Shown in pieces: positions 9,873 to 19,920 of a DNA stretch of 64,000 nucleotides. The notes under the pieces were generated by a model. The model was not told the origin of the DNA and did not search any database. It worked only from the letters and a program-made list of their open reading frames with translations. Both the position numbers and the translations under genes were made by a program. The stretch is taken from the NCBI GenBank assembly GCA_963805625.1, contig CAWDVE010000014.1, positions 1-64,000 of the forward strand. The letters run 5' to 3'. Origin of the DNA: an uncultured Candidatus Rokubacteria bacterium. Its GTDB lineage: Bacteria; Methylomirabilota; Methylomirabilia; Rokubacteriales; DASRDR01. Each line of letters opens with the position of its first letter. Position 1 is the stretch's first letter.

Positions 9873-12626
9873 ATGGACGTCGAGCATGGTCGTTTGGAAG
9901 AAGCGCACACGAAAGAGGTTCCCTGGCGGAAGTGGGGCCCGTATCTCTCCGACCGGCAGTGGGGCACGGTGCGGGAGGATTACAGCGACAACGGAGATGC
10001 CTGGAACTTCTTCACCCATGATCACGCTCGTTCCCGGGCATATCGCTGGGGTGAGGACGGTCTAGGAGGGATCTCCGACGACAAGCAGCACCTCTGCTTC
10101 GCCCTCGCGCTGTGGAACGGCAAAGACGCGATCCTGAAGGAGCGGCTCTTCGGGCTCACGAACAGCGAGGGGAACCACGGCGAGGACGTCAAGGAGTACT
10201 ACTTCTACCTCGACAGCACGCCGACCCACTCGTACATGAAGTTCCTCTACAAGTACCCGCAGGCAGCCTATCCCTACGCCGACCTGGTCGACACGAACCG
10301 GCGGCGCAGCCGCAACGAGATGGAGTACGAGCTCCTCGACACCGGGGTCTTCGAGCAGGACCGCTATTTCGACGTCTTGGTGGAATACGCCAAGGCGGGC
10401 CCCGAGGACATCCTGGTGCAGATCACGGCCGCCAATCGGGGACCGGACGAGGCCGAGCTGCACGTGCTGCCGACCCTCTGGTTCCGCAATGACTGGGCGC
10501 CGTGGATCGCGCATCCCGCTGAGAAGCCGATGCTCACACAGCTCGCGGGACCGGCGGGCACGAGCGCCATTGCGGCAACCCATTCCGTGCTGGGCGCTTA
10601 CCATCTGTACTGCGAAGGTGATGTGCCGCTGCTCTTTACCGAGAACTCGACCAACCACGCCAAGCTCCACCTCGACTATCCGGACGTGGGCCCGTACCTC
10701 AAGGACGGCATCAACAGCTATGTCGTCCAGGGTCAGCACGAGGCGGTGAACCCCGAGCGGCGCGGCACCAAGGCCGCCGCACACTATCGGCTGAAGATCG
10801 GCCCCCGCCGATCGGCGACGGTGCGGCTGCGCCTCACCGCCCAGGCGCCGGCCGGGTCGCGCCCGCCGACCACAGGGAGCCCCGCCCCGTTCGGGAAGGG
10901 CTTCGACGAGACACTGTCTGCCCGCCTGCGGGAGGCCGACGCCTTCTACAAGTCAGTGACCCCGCCCTCGGTCTCCCCGGATGCCGCGAATGTGATGCGC
11001 CAGGCCATCGCCGGCATGCTCTGGTCGAAGCAGTACTACTACTGGGACGGCGACGCGTGGTTGGAGGAGCACCGCGCCCACCCGCTCCATCACGGCAGCC
11101 GCGACTTCCGGAACCGCGAGTGGTTCCACATGATCAACGATGACATCATCTCCATGCCCGACAAGTGGGAGTACCCGTGGTACGCCGCCTGGGACCTCGC
11201 CTTCCACACGCTCCCTCTCTCGGTCGTGGACCCCGACTTCGCGAAGGCGCAGATGAAGCTGATGCTCCGCGGGGTGTACCTCCACCCTAGCGGCCAGCTC
11301 CCCGCCTACGAGTGGAACTTCAGCGACGTGAACCCCCCGGTCCACGCGTTTGCGACCTTGTTCCTCCATCGCACTGAGCAGGCCCTGCGCGGCGAGGCGG
11401 ATGTCGATTTCCTCAGGGCCGCCTTCAACAAGCTCATGCTGAACTTCACCTGGTGGGTGAACCGCAAGGACCGGTTCGGCAAGAACGTCTTCGAGGGGGG
11501 GTTCCTCGGCCTCGACAACATCGGGGTCTTCGACCGGAGCGCTCCGCTGCCGACCGGCGGGTATCTGGAGCAGGCGGACGGCACCGCGTGGATGGCCCTC
11601 TTCACGCAGAACATGTTGGAGCTCGCCGTGGAGCTCGCTGGCCACGACAAAGTCTACGACGAGATGGCCTTCAAGTTCGTCGAGCACTTCCTCTATATCG
11701 CCGCGGCCATGAACAAGCCTGGGCAGGACGGCATGTGGGACGAGGAGGACGGCTTCTACTACGACCTCTTGCGGCTCCCCGATGGCAGCGCCACGCGGCT
11801 CAAGGTGCGCTCGATGGTGGGGCTCCTGCCCCTGTGCGCCACGACGGTGATCGAGAAATCGCAACGCGAGAGCAGTCCGCAGGTCATGGCCGCGTTTCAG
11901 GCGCGCGTCCGCCAGATGCCCGAACTCCTGGAGTCCATACACCCCTCGGGGCCGGGGCATTTCGGCGTGGCCGAGCGGGGCATCTTCGCGCTGGTCAACC
12001 CGGAGCGGCTCCGCCGGATCCTTTCCAAGATGCTCGACGAGAACGAGTTCCTGAGCCCCTACGGCATCCGCTCGATCTCCAAGTTCCACGCGCAGCACCC
12101 CTATCTGTTCCACGTTGGCAGCCAGGAGTACCGCGTGGACTATCTGCCCGCCGAATCGAACACCGGCATGTTCGGCGGCAACTCCAACTGGCGGGGGCCG
12201 ATCTGGATGCCGGTCAATACCATCCTGATCCGGGCGCTCCTGAACTTCTACGCCTACTACGGCGATGACTTCAAGATCGAATGCCCGACCGGCTCCGGCA
12301 AGATGATGAACCTCTTCCAGGTGGCCAAGGAGATCTCCGACCGGCTCGCGCGGATCTTCCTGCGCGATGCGCGCGGCCGCCGGGCGGTCTACGGCGGGAC
12401 CGAGAAGTTCCAGACCGACCCCCACTGGCGCGACCACGTCCTGTTCTACGAGTACTTCCACGGGGATAACGGGGCGGGGCTGGGCGCGAGCCACCAGACG
12501 GGATGGACGGGCGTGGTGGCGAAGTTGATTCAGCTCTTCGGGATGCTCGATGCCACGAAGCTGCTCGAGGCGGGCAAACAGGCGGCGTTTACCGGCGGAA
12601 AGGCGGGAGGCGAGGTGAAGACATGA
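9873..12626 (+). CDS. GH63 / MGH1-like glucosidase (mannosylglycerate hydrolase-like)
   Basis: RBS GGAGG before ATG 9873. [69 protein letters not shown]. Confidence 0.92.
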   Translation: MDVEHGRLEEAHTKEVPWRKWGPYLSDRQWGTVREDYSDNGDAWNFFTHDHARSRAYRWGEDGLGGISDDKQHLCFALALWNGKDAILKERLFGLTNSEGNHGEDVKEYYFYLDSTPTHSYMKFLYKYPQAAYPYADLVDTNRRRSRNEMEYELLDTGVFEQDRYFDVLVEYAKAGPEDILVQITAANRGPDEAELHVLPTLWFRNDWAPWIAHPAEKPMLTQLAGPAGTSAIAATHSVLGAYHLYCEGDVPLLFTENSTNHAKLHLDYPDVGPYLKDGINSYVVQGQHEAVNPERRGTKAAAHYRLKIGPRRSATVRLRLTAQAPAGSRPPTTGSPAPFGKGFDETLSARLREADAFYKSVTPPSVSPDAANVMRQAIAGMLWSKQYYYWDGDAWLEEHRAHPLHHGSRDFRNREWFHMINDDIISMPDKWEYPWYAAWDLAFHTLPLSVVDPDFAKAQMKLMLRGVYLHPSGQLPAYEWNFSDVNPPVHAFATLFLHRTEQALRGEADVDFLRAAFNKLMLNFTWWVNRKDRFGKNVFEGGFLGLDNIGVFDRSAPLPTGGYLEQADGTAWMALFTQNMLELAVELAGHDKVYDEMAFKFVEHFLYIAAAMNKPGQDGMWDEEDGFYYDLLRLPDGSATRLKVRSMVGLLPLCATTVIEKSQRESSPQVMAAFQARVRQMPELLESIHPSGPGHFGVAERGIFALVNPERLRRILSKMLDENEFLSPYGIRSISKFHAQHPYLFHVGSQEYRVDYLPAESNTGMFGGNSNWRGPIWMPVNTILIRALLNFYAYYGDDFKIECPTGSGKMMNLFQVAKEISDRLARIFLRDARGRRAVYGGTEKFQTDPHWRDHVLFYEYFHGDNGAGLGASHQTGWTGVVAKLIQLFGMLDATKLLEAGKQAAFTGGKAGGEVKT

Positions 12627-13014
12627 CGGGTGTGCCCCGTATTCCTCGCGCTATCAGATCAAGAAGCTCGCGACGGGGTGGTCGGGGTCGCGTCTCGGGC
12701 CAGTGGCTCGCCCTGGGCCCAGCTGACCAGGAGCTGGACGTGCCAAGGCACGAACGTGACGCGGCCGGCGACGTTGATTCGGCCGGCGGGTCGGCAGGGG
12801 GCACGGTCGGTGGAGTGCTTTCGCATGACGCGCATGCCATGTGTGAGGGAACCACGGTGAATCCAGGCTGTACGGCCCTCTGGCGGAGGGGCGCCATCGG
12901 CGCCGCCATCCGGCTTGCGGCGGTACCAGCGTTGGCACAGTCAAGCCGGGTCGGGCTGGACCGCGTGACCCTGCCGCCCGAGGGCGGCTGCCGTGCGCCA
13001 CGCTGCTCCGCCGC

Positions 13015-14289
13015 ATGTTCGGGACCGAGGTCCGCAGCGCTCCCCGCTGTGCCGGCCTGCGCCGGACCGAGGGCGCGGTGAGCTGGCCCCTCCCTGTGCG
13101 ACGGCTGCTCGACGCGTTCGGGCTGTCGGCGCCGCCACGGCTGGACGCGGTGCCGCCCGCATTGACGGCGAAGGCCGAGATCCCGGGGATGCCGGGGGTG
13201 CGTTACGTCGGTGGCGGGGACATGACGGACTTTTTCAGAGCCAGCCTCGACGGAGTGCGCCGCGAGCAGGAGTACCTCGTACGCCGGGGCCACAAGGGAC
13301 CGCTGCCCCCGGCGGCGTACCTGGCCATCTCCGGTGGCGGCGACAATGGCGCGTTTGCCGCAGGGCTGCTCAACGGGTGGACGGCAGCGGGGACCCGGCC
13401 CGAATTCAAGCTCGTCACCGGCATCAGTACCGGCGGATTGATCGCGCCATTCGCGTTCCTGGGGCCGAAGTACGACGCGACGCTCAAGGAGTTCTATACC
13501 ACCATCTCGCCAAAGGACGTCATCGAGCCGCGCAGCGTCATCAAGGGCGTCCTCAGTGACGCGATGGCCAACAACGCGCCCCTGTGGACACTCACGCGCA
13601 AGTCCGTGACCGACGAGCTGCTGAAAGAGGTGGCGGTGGAATACGCGAAGGGCCGCTTTGTGATGATCGGCACCGCCGACATCGATGCGCGCCGCGCGAT
13701 CCTCTGGGACATGGGCAAGATTGCGACCTACGGAGGGCCCAAGGCCCTGGACCTGTTCCTCAGCGTCATGATTGCCTCGGCCTCCCTGCCGGCGGCCTTC
13801 CCGCCGGTGATGATCGATGTGGAGGCCGACGGCAAGCGCTACCAGGAGATGCACGTGGATGGCGGCGTCGTGGCGCAGGTCTTCGCCTATCCGGTTGGGA
13901 TCACGGCGGCGGGCATTGACGCGGCCACCGGCACCACCCGCGACCGCAGTCTCTACGTGATTCGTAACGCGCGACTCGATCCGGGCTGGACGCAAGTCGA
14001 GCGCCAGACCATGAGCATCGCCGGACGCGCCATCACCTCGCTGATCCACAGCCAGGGCATCGGCGATCTCTACCGGATCCATTCCACCACCCAGCGCGAC
14101 CGTGTTGATTTCAACCTCGCGTTCATCCCGCCGACGTTCAATCAGCCGCATCCGGAGGAGTTCGACAACGCGTACATGCGTCAGCTCTTCGCCGTGGGGT
14201 ACGAGATGGCATTGAAGGGCTTTCCATGGGCCAAGACCCCGCCCGGCTTCATCGTTAGTCCGGCTGCGACGCCAGTGCCGGCTCACTGA
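13015..14289 (+). CDS. patatin-like phospholipase (N-terminus apparently damaged)
   Basis: ISGGGDNGAFAAG oxyanion motif, GISTG nucleophile elbow, HVDGG. No clear signal peptide, unlike the paralog. Confidence 0.85.
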   Translation: MFGTEVRSAPRCAGLRRTEGAVSWPLPVRRLLDAFGLSAPPRLDAVPPALTAKAEIPGMPGVRYVGGGDMTDFFRASLDGVRREQEYLVRRGHKGPLPPAAYLAISGGGDNGAFAAGLLNGWTAAGTRPEFKLVTGISTGGLIAPFAFLGPKYDATLKEFYTTISPKDVIEPRSVIKGVLSDAMANNAPLWTLTRKSVTDELLKEVAVEYAKGRFVMIGTADIDARRAILWDMGKIATYGGPKALDLFLSVMIASASLPAAFPPVMIDVEADGKRYQEMHVDGGVVAQVFAYPVGITAAGIDAATGTTRDRSLYVIRNARLDPGWTQVERQTMSIAGRAITSLIHSQGIGDLYRIHSTTQRDRVDFNLAFIPPTFNQPHPEEFDNAYMRQLFAVGYEMALKGFPWAKTPPGFIVSPAATPVPAH

Positions 14290-14483
14290 GGAGGTTGATC
14301 GCCCGTGCTTCCGATCACGAACACGCTCTCCACCGTGACCGTGGACGTGAGAGCGCCGCGGCTTCCAATCCATGGTCGCCCGGTAGACGAGCCGCCACGT
14401 GTCCAACTCCCCCATCCCGTGAGCATCGGATGGCCGGAGAGAAACAAGGCGCCGTCGTGAAAGCCTTCGATCAAGGAGCATAA

Positions 14484-15725
14484 ATGGGAGTGACACGGAG
14501 TGCACTCATGGCATCGCCCTCGCCCACATCGCCGTTCGGCGACGCGCTGCGCCCGAATCCGTCCGACTTCTCGCTGGTCCTGGGCGGGCCTCTCTACCAG
14601 CTTCTGCGTCGAGCGCACATGGCCGGCAATGCGCTGGAGCTGATGCGCCGGCGCGTCGTCGTCATCTCGCTGTTCGCCTGGGTGCCTCTGCTGGTGCTCT
14701 CGGCTCTCGATGGACGGGCGTGGGGAGGGGCCGTGGCCGTGCCCTTCCTGCGGGACTGGGACACGCACGCGCGCTTCCTGGTGGCGCTGCCGCTCCTCAT
14801 CGTCGCGGAGCTGGTGGTTCACCAGCGAATGCGCTTGGTGGTGACGCAATTTCTGGAGCGCAACTTGATTCCCCCGAGCGCCGTGAGCCGGCTCGAGGGC
14901 GCCATCGCCTCGGCGTTTCGCCTCCGCAACTCGGTGCTGGCCGAAGTGCTGCTGATCGCCTTCGTGTGCCTCGTCGGGGTCTCGCTCGTCTGGCGGCAGT
15001 ACGTCGTGCTCACCACAGCCACGTGGTACGCCACCCCGACAGCCGCCGGCATGACATTCTCGCTCACGGGATGGTGGTATGCCTACGTGAGCCTGGCGCT
15101 CTTCCAGTTCCTGCTCATGCGCTGGTACTTCCGGATCTTCATCTGGGCGCGCTTCCTCTGGCAGGTGTCACGCATCGAGCTGAATCTGATTCCCACGCAT
15201 CCGGACCGCGTGGGCGGTCTGGGATTCCTTGCCAACACGGTCTACGCCTTCGTCCCCTTGGCGGTGGCCCACGGGGCGTTGCTGGCCGGGGTGATTGCGA
15301 ACCGCATCTTCTACCTCGGGGCCCGGCTGCTTGACTTCAAGATCGAGGTGGCGGTCGTCGTGGCGTTCATGCTGTGCCTGGTATTCGGTCCCCTCGTGGT
15401 GTTTGCGGCTCAGCTCGCTCAGGCGAAGCGAACGGGAAGCCGCGAGTATGGCACGCTCGCCGAGCGGTATGTTCGCGAGTTCGATGCCAAGTGGCTTCGC
15501 GGCGGAGCCGCTGCCGACGAGCGCTTGGTGGGGAGCGGCGACATCCAGTCCCTCGCCGATCTGGGGACTGGCGTGGAGGTCGTGCGGACGATGCGCGTGG
15601 TGCCGGTGACGAAGGACGCGGTCCTCTATCTCGCTGCCGCGACGCTTGCGCCGATCGTGCCGCTCGCGCTGACGATGATGTCGCTGGAAGAGCTGCTGAA
15701 GACGCTGCTGGGCACCCTGTTCTAA
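14484..15725 (+). CDS. multi-pass membrane protein of unknown function
   Basis: About 8 hydrophobic segments. Motifs FSLVLGGPLYQ, PTHPDRVGGLGFL, DIQSLADL. Confidence 0.85.
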   Translation: MGVTRSALMASPSPTSPFGDALRPNPSDFSLVLGGPLYQLLRRAHMAGNALELMRRRVVVISLFAWVPLLVLSALDGRAWGGAVAVPFLRDWDTHARFLVALPLLIVAELVVHQRMRLVVTQFLERNLIPPSAVSRLEGAIASAFRLRNSVLAEVLLIAFVCLVGVSLVWRQYVVLTTATWYATPTAAGMTFSLTGWWYAYVSLALFQFLLMRWYFRIFIWARFLWQVSRIELNLIPTHPDRVGGLGFLANTVYAFVPLAVAHGALLAGVIANRIFYLGARLLDFKIEVAVVVAFMLCLVFGPLVVFAAQLAQAKRTGSREYGTLAERYVREFDAKWLRGGAAADERLVGSGDIQSLADLGTGVEVVRTMRVVPVTKDAVLYLAAATLAPIVPLALTMMSLEELLKTLLGTLF

Positions 15726-15805
15726 CCTGACCCATTTACAAACGATGAACGACACGGAGCACCGGGTCTCTCATCGGTGCGATGGAAGTCTAATCCGCAC
15801 ACGGA

Positions 15806-17041
15806 GTGAACGACATGGGAAAGTTCGCCACTTGGAATCTTCTCCTGGCCGTAGTGGCGTCGCTGCTGAACCACGGCTGCGCGGCGCCGCCACGGCTGGC
15901 AGCTGTGCCTCCCCCCCTGACGGCGAAGGCGGAGATCCCGGGCATGCCGGGGGTGCGCTTCGTCGCCGGCAGCGAGATGACAGACTTTTTGAAGATGGCC
16001 GTCGAAGCACTCCGCCGCGAGGAAGCGTACCGCGCGAGCCAGGGCCAGACGGGCCCGCTGCCCCCGGCGGTGTATCTGGCCGTCTCCGGCGGCGGCGACA
16101 ACGGCGCGTTCGCCGCGGGGCTGCTCAACGGCTGGACGGCCGCGGGGACCCGGCCCGAATTCAAGCTCGTCACCGGGATCAGCACCGGGGCGCTGATCGC
16201 GCCCTTCGCCTTCCTCGGGCCGAAGTATGACGCGACCCTGAAGGAGGTCTATACCACCCTCTCACCGAAGGACGTGCTCGAGCCGCGCGGTCTGATCAAG
16301 GGCGTCTTGAGCGACGCGATGGCGGACAATCGGCCGCTGTGGACGCTCACGCGCAGGTCCGTGACCGAGGAATTCCTCAAGGGAGTGGCCGCGGAATACG
16401 CGAAGGGCCGTGGCCTGATGATCGGGACCGCCGACATCGACGCGCGCCGCGCGGTCATCTGGGACATGGGCAAGATCGCCACCTACGGAGGCCCGCAGGC
16501 CCTGGACCTGTTCGTCAAGGTCATGATCGCCTCGGCTTCCATTCCGGTGGGGTTCCCGCCGGTCATGATCGATGTCGAGGCCGAGGGCCAGCGCTACCAG
16601 GAGATGCACGTGGATGCCGGCGTCGTGGCCCAGGTGTTCGCCTATCCCTCCCGGATCTCGGCCGCCGCCATCGCGAAGGCGTCCGGCGTGGAGCGAAAGC
16701 GCCGGCTGTACCTGATCCGCAATGCGCGGCTGGACCCGGACTGGGCGCAGGTCGAGCGTCAGACCATGAGCATCGCCGGGCGGGCGGTCGGCTCGCTGAT
16801 CCACAGCCAGGGCATCGGCGATCTCTATCGCATCTACGCGACCGCCGAGCGCGATGGCGTCGATTTCAACCTCGCGGTCATCCCGTCGACCTTCAAAGAA
16901 CCGCATCCGGAGGAGTTCGACAACCCGTACATGCGCAAGCTCTACGCCGTGGGGTATGACCAGGCGTCGAAAGGATTCCCGTGGCTCAAGCTACCGCCGG
17001 GATTTGGCGAGGTGTCGGTCCCGGAGTCGCCCCCCAAGTGA
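15806..17041 (+). CDS. patatin-like phospholipase lipoprotein
   Basis: Signal peptide with lipobox-like NHGC, SGGGDNGAFAAG, GISTG, HVDAG. Close paralog of 13015-14289. Confidence 0.9.
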   Translation: MNDMGKFATWNLLLAVVASLLNHGCAAPPRLAAVPPPLTAKAEIPGMPGVRFVAGSEMTDFLKMAVEALRREEAYRASQGQTGPLPPAVYLAVSGGGDNGAFAAGLLNGWTAAGTRPEFKLVTGISTGALIAPFAFLGPKYDATLKEVYTTLSPKDVLEPRGLIKGVLSDAMADNRPLWTLTRRSVTEEFLKGVAAEYAKGRGLMIGTADIDARRAVIWDMGKIATYGGPQALDLFVKVMIASASIPVGFPPVMIDVEAEGQRYQEMHVDAGVVAQVFAYPSRISAAAIAKASGVERKRRLYLIRNARLDPDWAQVERQTMSIAGRAVGSLIHSQGIGDLYRIYATAERDGVDFNLAVIPSTFKEPHPEEFDNPYMRKLYAVGYDQASKGFPWLKLPPGFGEVSVPESPPK

Positions 17042-17496
17042 TCACGCCGGGGGCCCGGCTCCGCTGACATCACCGCGACCGGGTCGACCGGGACATCCGC
17101 TGGCCGACCCTGATCTGCCGTCCGACAAACGCTTCCTGAGCGCTGCCGCGCCGGCGTCGAGCGCCGTCCGTCTTCCGAGTGCCACGTCGGCGGCGATCGA
17201 TGTCATGGCGCAATGGTGCGGGGCAGGATGCGCTCGGCACGGAAGCCGTCGGCATGGATCGTGGCGGCCACTTCCTCCCGTGTCTCGACGCGGTCAGCCG
17301 TCACGTGGATGGCTACGTGCTGTCGCACGCTAGAGTCCGGCCACCCTGGGAATGTGCCCGCTGGGCTCACGGCGGGGCCGGGGACGGAGGCACGAAAGGG
17401 GCTTTGCACCAGGAAACAGGAACCGCCTGGGTTCAATCGGCGGATCGGGTACACTACGCCCGCGCTCGAGGGGAGTCGGATCGGAGGAGACGACCG

Positions 17497-18420
17497 CTGG
17501 TAGGCCGGGCGTCACGGCTCGGGGCAGGCGCGGCGCTCGCCGTCCTGGTGCTCGCGACGGCAGTGACGGCCGAGGCCCAGGACATCGAACCGAGGACGTA
17601 CGCCAACACGCCCGTCGGCCTGAACTTCCTTCTCCTGGGCTACGCATACACCCAGGGCGACGTGGCGTTCGACCCGTCCACACCGATCGAGGACGCCGAA
17701 CTCACGGCCCACAGCCCGTTTCTCGCCTACGCGCGTGCCCTGGACGTGTGGGGCCGAGCGGGGAAGCTCGACGTCGTGCTGCCCTTCGCGTCGGTGTCGG
17801 GATCGGCCACCTTTGCCGGCCAGCCGCGCGAGCGAGACACCGCCGGCCTCGGCGACCCGCGCCTGCGCTTCTCGGTGCTGCTGTACGGCGCGCCCGCGCT
17901 CTCGCTGACGGAGTTCCAGCACTACACACCGGATCTCATCGTCGGCGCCAGCCTCGCGGTGACGGCGCCGCTGGGTGAGTACGACTCCGACAAGCTGGTG
18001 AACATCGGGACCAACCGCTGGTCCGTGAAGCCGGAGCTGGGCGTCTCCAAGACGCTCGGCTCGTTCACGCTGGAGCTGTCCGCGAGTGTCGCGTTCTATA
18101 CGGACAACGATGACTTCCTCGGGGGCCAGACGTTGGAGAAGGATCCCCTCTACGCCCTCCAGGCCCACGTCATTTACCACACGCGCCTGGGCGTGTGGGC
18201 GGCGGTGGACGCCACGTACTACGCTGGCGGGGGCGCGACGATCGACGGCGAACGGGGCGAACGGCAGGAGAACCTCCGTTTCGGCGTGACGGTCGCCATT
18301 CCCATCGATCGGCGGAACTCGGTCAAGCTCTATGGGAGCACCGGGGCCATCGCGCGCACCGGGGGCGACTTCGACACGGTGGGCATCGCCTGGCAGTACC
18401 GCTGGGGCGGGGGGCTCTAG
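17497..18420 (+). CDS. outer-membrane beta-barrel 'transporter' (Phenol_MetA_deg-like family)
   Basis: Signal peptide ending AEA-QDIEPRTYANTPVG, GLGDPRLR, PLGEYD...NIGTNRW, C-terminal WQYRW. Start uncertain (the long ORF begins at 17179). Confidence 0.8.
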   Translation: MVGRASRLGAGAALAVLVLATAVTAEAQDIEPRTYANTPVGLNFLLLGYAYTQGDVAFDPSTPIEDAELTAHSPFLAYARALDVWGRAGKLDVVLPFASVSGSATFAGQPRERDTAGLGDPRLRFSVLLYGAPALSLTEFQHYTPDLIVGASLAVTAPLGEYDSDKLVNIGTNRWSVKPELGVSKTLGSFTLELSASVAFYTDNDDFLGGQTLEKDPLYALQAHVIYHTRLGVWAAVDATYYAGGGATIDGERGERQENLRFGVTVAIPIDRRNSVKLYGSTGAIARTGGDFDTVGIAWQYRWGGGL

Positions 18421-18639
18421 CGACGCCCCGGCGTCGCTGGGTTCTCGAGTGAGCCATAGCCCAAGGGAACGGAAATGGGTCCAGATCGAACACCCCGAAT
18501 CGCGTAACGACAGCCCGGTCACCGGCTATGGGCTCGGCTTCTACATTCGCGGCACCGGATCGGCGATCGAGCAGAGGGTCCACGTGGTGACCACCGTGTC
18601 GGCGACCCTCGGACCGGGCGGGATCGCCTCCGCCTGTCC

Positions 18640-18824
18640 CTCGAGCTCCGCGGGCACCGACATGGCCCAGGCGGTGATCGTGCTCTATGGCCGGCCGGGG
18701 GCGGAGCAGATCGCCCCCCTCGTGGAGTACGCCTGGTAGTCCGACCCCGCCCGGGATCCGTTCCACCAGTACCTCAACCAGGGAGACCTCCAGCAGATCC
18801 TTGCCGCCCTGGGCCGCACCTGAC
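18640..18824 (+). pseudogene. C-terminal remnant of a DJ-1/PfpI-family protein
   Basis: SAGTDMAQAVI...YGRPGAEQIA..VEYAW*SDPARDPFH with an internal stop. Resembles the DJ-1/PfpI C-terminus. Confidence 0.5.
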
Positions 18825-19580
18825 GGTGACGCAGGCGGAGGGCAGTGCGGACGCCCCAGTCAGGGGCGCCTGGTCCCGCGGGACGGCTCGGCCGAGCCGT
18901 CAGCCGCCGGGGTCGAGTCGCGCGGTCCCAGGGTGTGACCCGGGGCGCGCGTGGAGCGTTTGAAGGCCGACGATCTCCGGTCCAAAGTCGCTCGCGGCAC
19001 TGCCCTTCCGAACTCGTCGCCCGGAAGCGGGCTACCGGAAGCAAGACGAGGCGCTCAACAGTGTCATTGAAAAACGCGGACGTCTGGCCTCATCGGCTCC
19101 TTCCCATGACCCTGCCGTATCCATTTGGGCACGCTCGGCAACGAGGTGCCCTGAAGTCTAAACAGGGCGTATCGAAAAGTCAGAATTGACTAGATCGCAG
19201 AACGGCTGTAAGCGCAGAGCGACTGCTCGGCGTCGCCGCTGCGTCGAGACGCTGGGTCAGCCGCGGCATTCTGCAGCGCCGCCGCGACGTCTTGCAGCAT
19301 GTCACGGCGGGAGGCGACGGCGCCGCTAGGGGAGGACGCGACTCTGCGCGCTTCACGGAGCGGAGTAGGCGCGAACCCCCGAGGCAGAGACGCTCTCCAC
19401 GGTCCGGCAGGTCTACCGCCTCACGCGAACCGGGGCCACCCGCTCTTCATGGAGAATGACCACGCCGCATGGGCCATCCCCACCAGGGAACCGCTGGCGA
19501 TGATCTCACTCTGAAAGGCCCGAATAGCGACGGCCGAAGCGACTCCTGTTATGTAAGTCATTGAAAGATAATGTGTTTAC

Positions 19581-19601
19581 TGGTGTCCCCGACGGGATTC
19601 G
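19581..19601 (-). repeat. att core: displaced copy of the tRNA-Glu(TTC) 3' end including CCA
   Basis: Identical to 42119-42139. The match ends within the T-loop. Confidence 0.9.
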
Positions 19602-19689
19602 CTGGCTTGTGGAAGCAGGAATTCCAAGGACTTATCAGGATCGCCTGATCCCTTGGTTGGAGCGCATACCACGATGGCGGTTCGAACAG

Positions 19690-19792
19690 AGTTCGACCCC
19701 ATGTTTCAGCCTTGAGAGGGCGGTGACGTGGGTAATGGCGACGCGGACTTACGCGCCGGTTGCCACCGGCGGTTGCCACGGAGCCTTTGAGT
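19690..19792. repeat. degenerate tRNA-Glu(CTC) fragment plus integrase arm-like repeats (copy 1)
   Basis: GCCTTGAGAGGG-N19-GACGCGGACTTA...CGGTTGCCACCGGCGGTTGCCAC, repeated with the same N19 spacing at 32925-32995. Confidence 0.7.
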
Positions 19793-19920
19793 AAGCAGTG
19801 GCTCATAGTCCACTAGCGATCCCTCGGCGGATGCCAGCCTCCGAGGGCAGTCCCCTTCCGAACCTCTCACATTGACGAGCACCCTTGGCTCATTGCCCAG
19901 CTCAGACGGGCTGATCCTGC

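Noticed and set aside
12932-12947. TTGGCAC sigma-54-like site before the first patatin
   Set aside because: GG-to-GC spacing is 9, not the required 10.
10953-14505. long antisense ORFs (e.g. 10953-12494, 12589-14505; likewise 20976-22685, 49237-51093, 52605-54176)
   Set aside because: Shadow frames of real high-GC genes, with no recognisable motifs.
19561-19794. 77-aa ORF MKDNVFTGVPDGIR...
   Set aside because: It is a translation across the att core and repeat relics. The meaningful frame is the recombinase tail in another frame.
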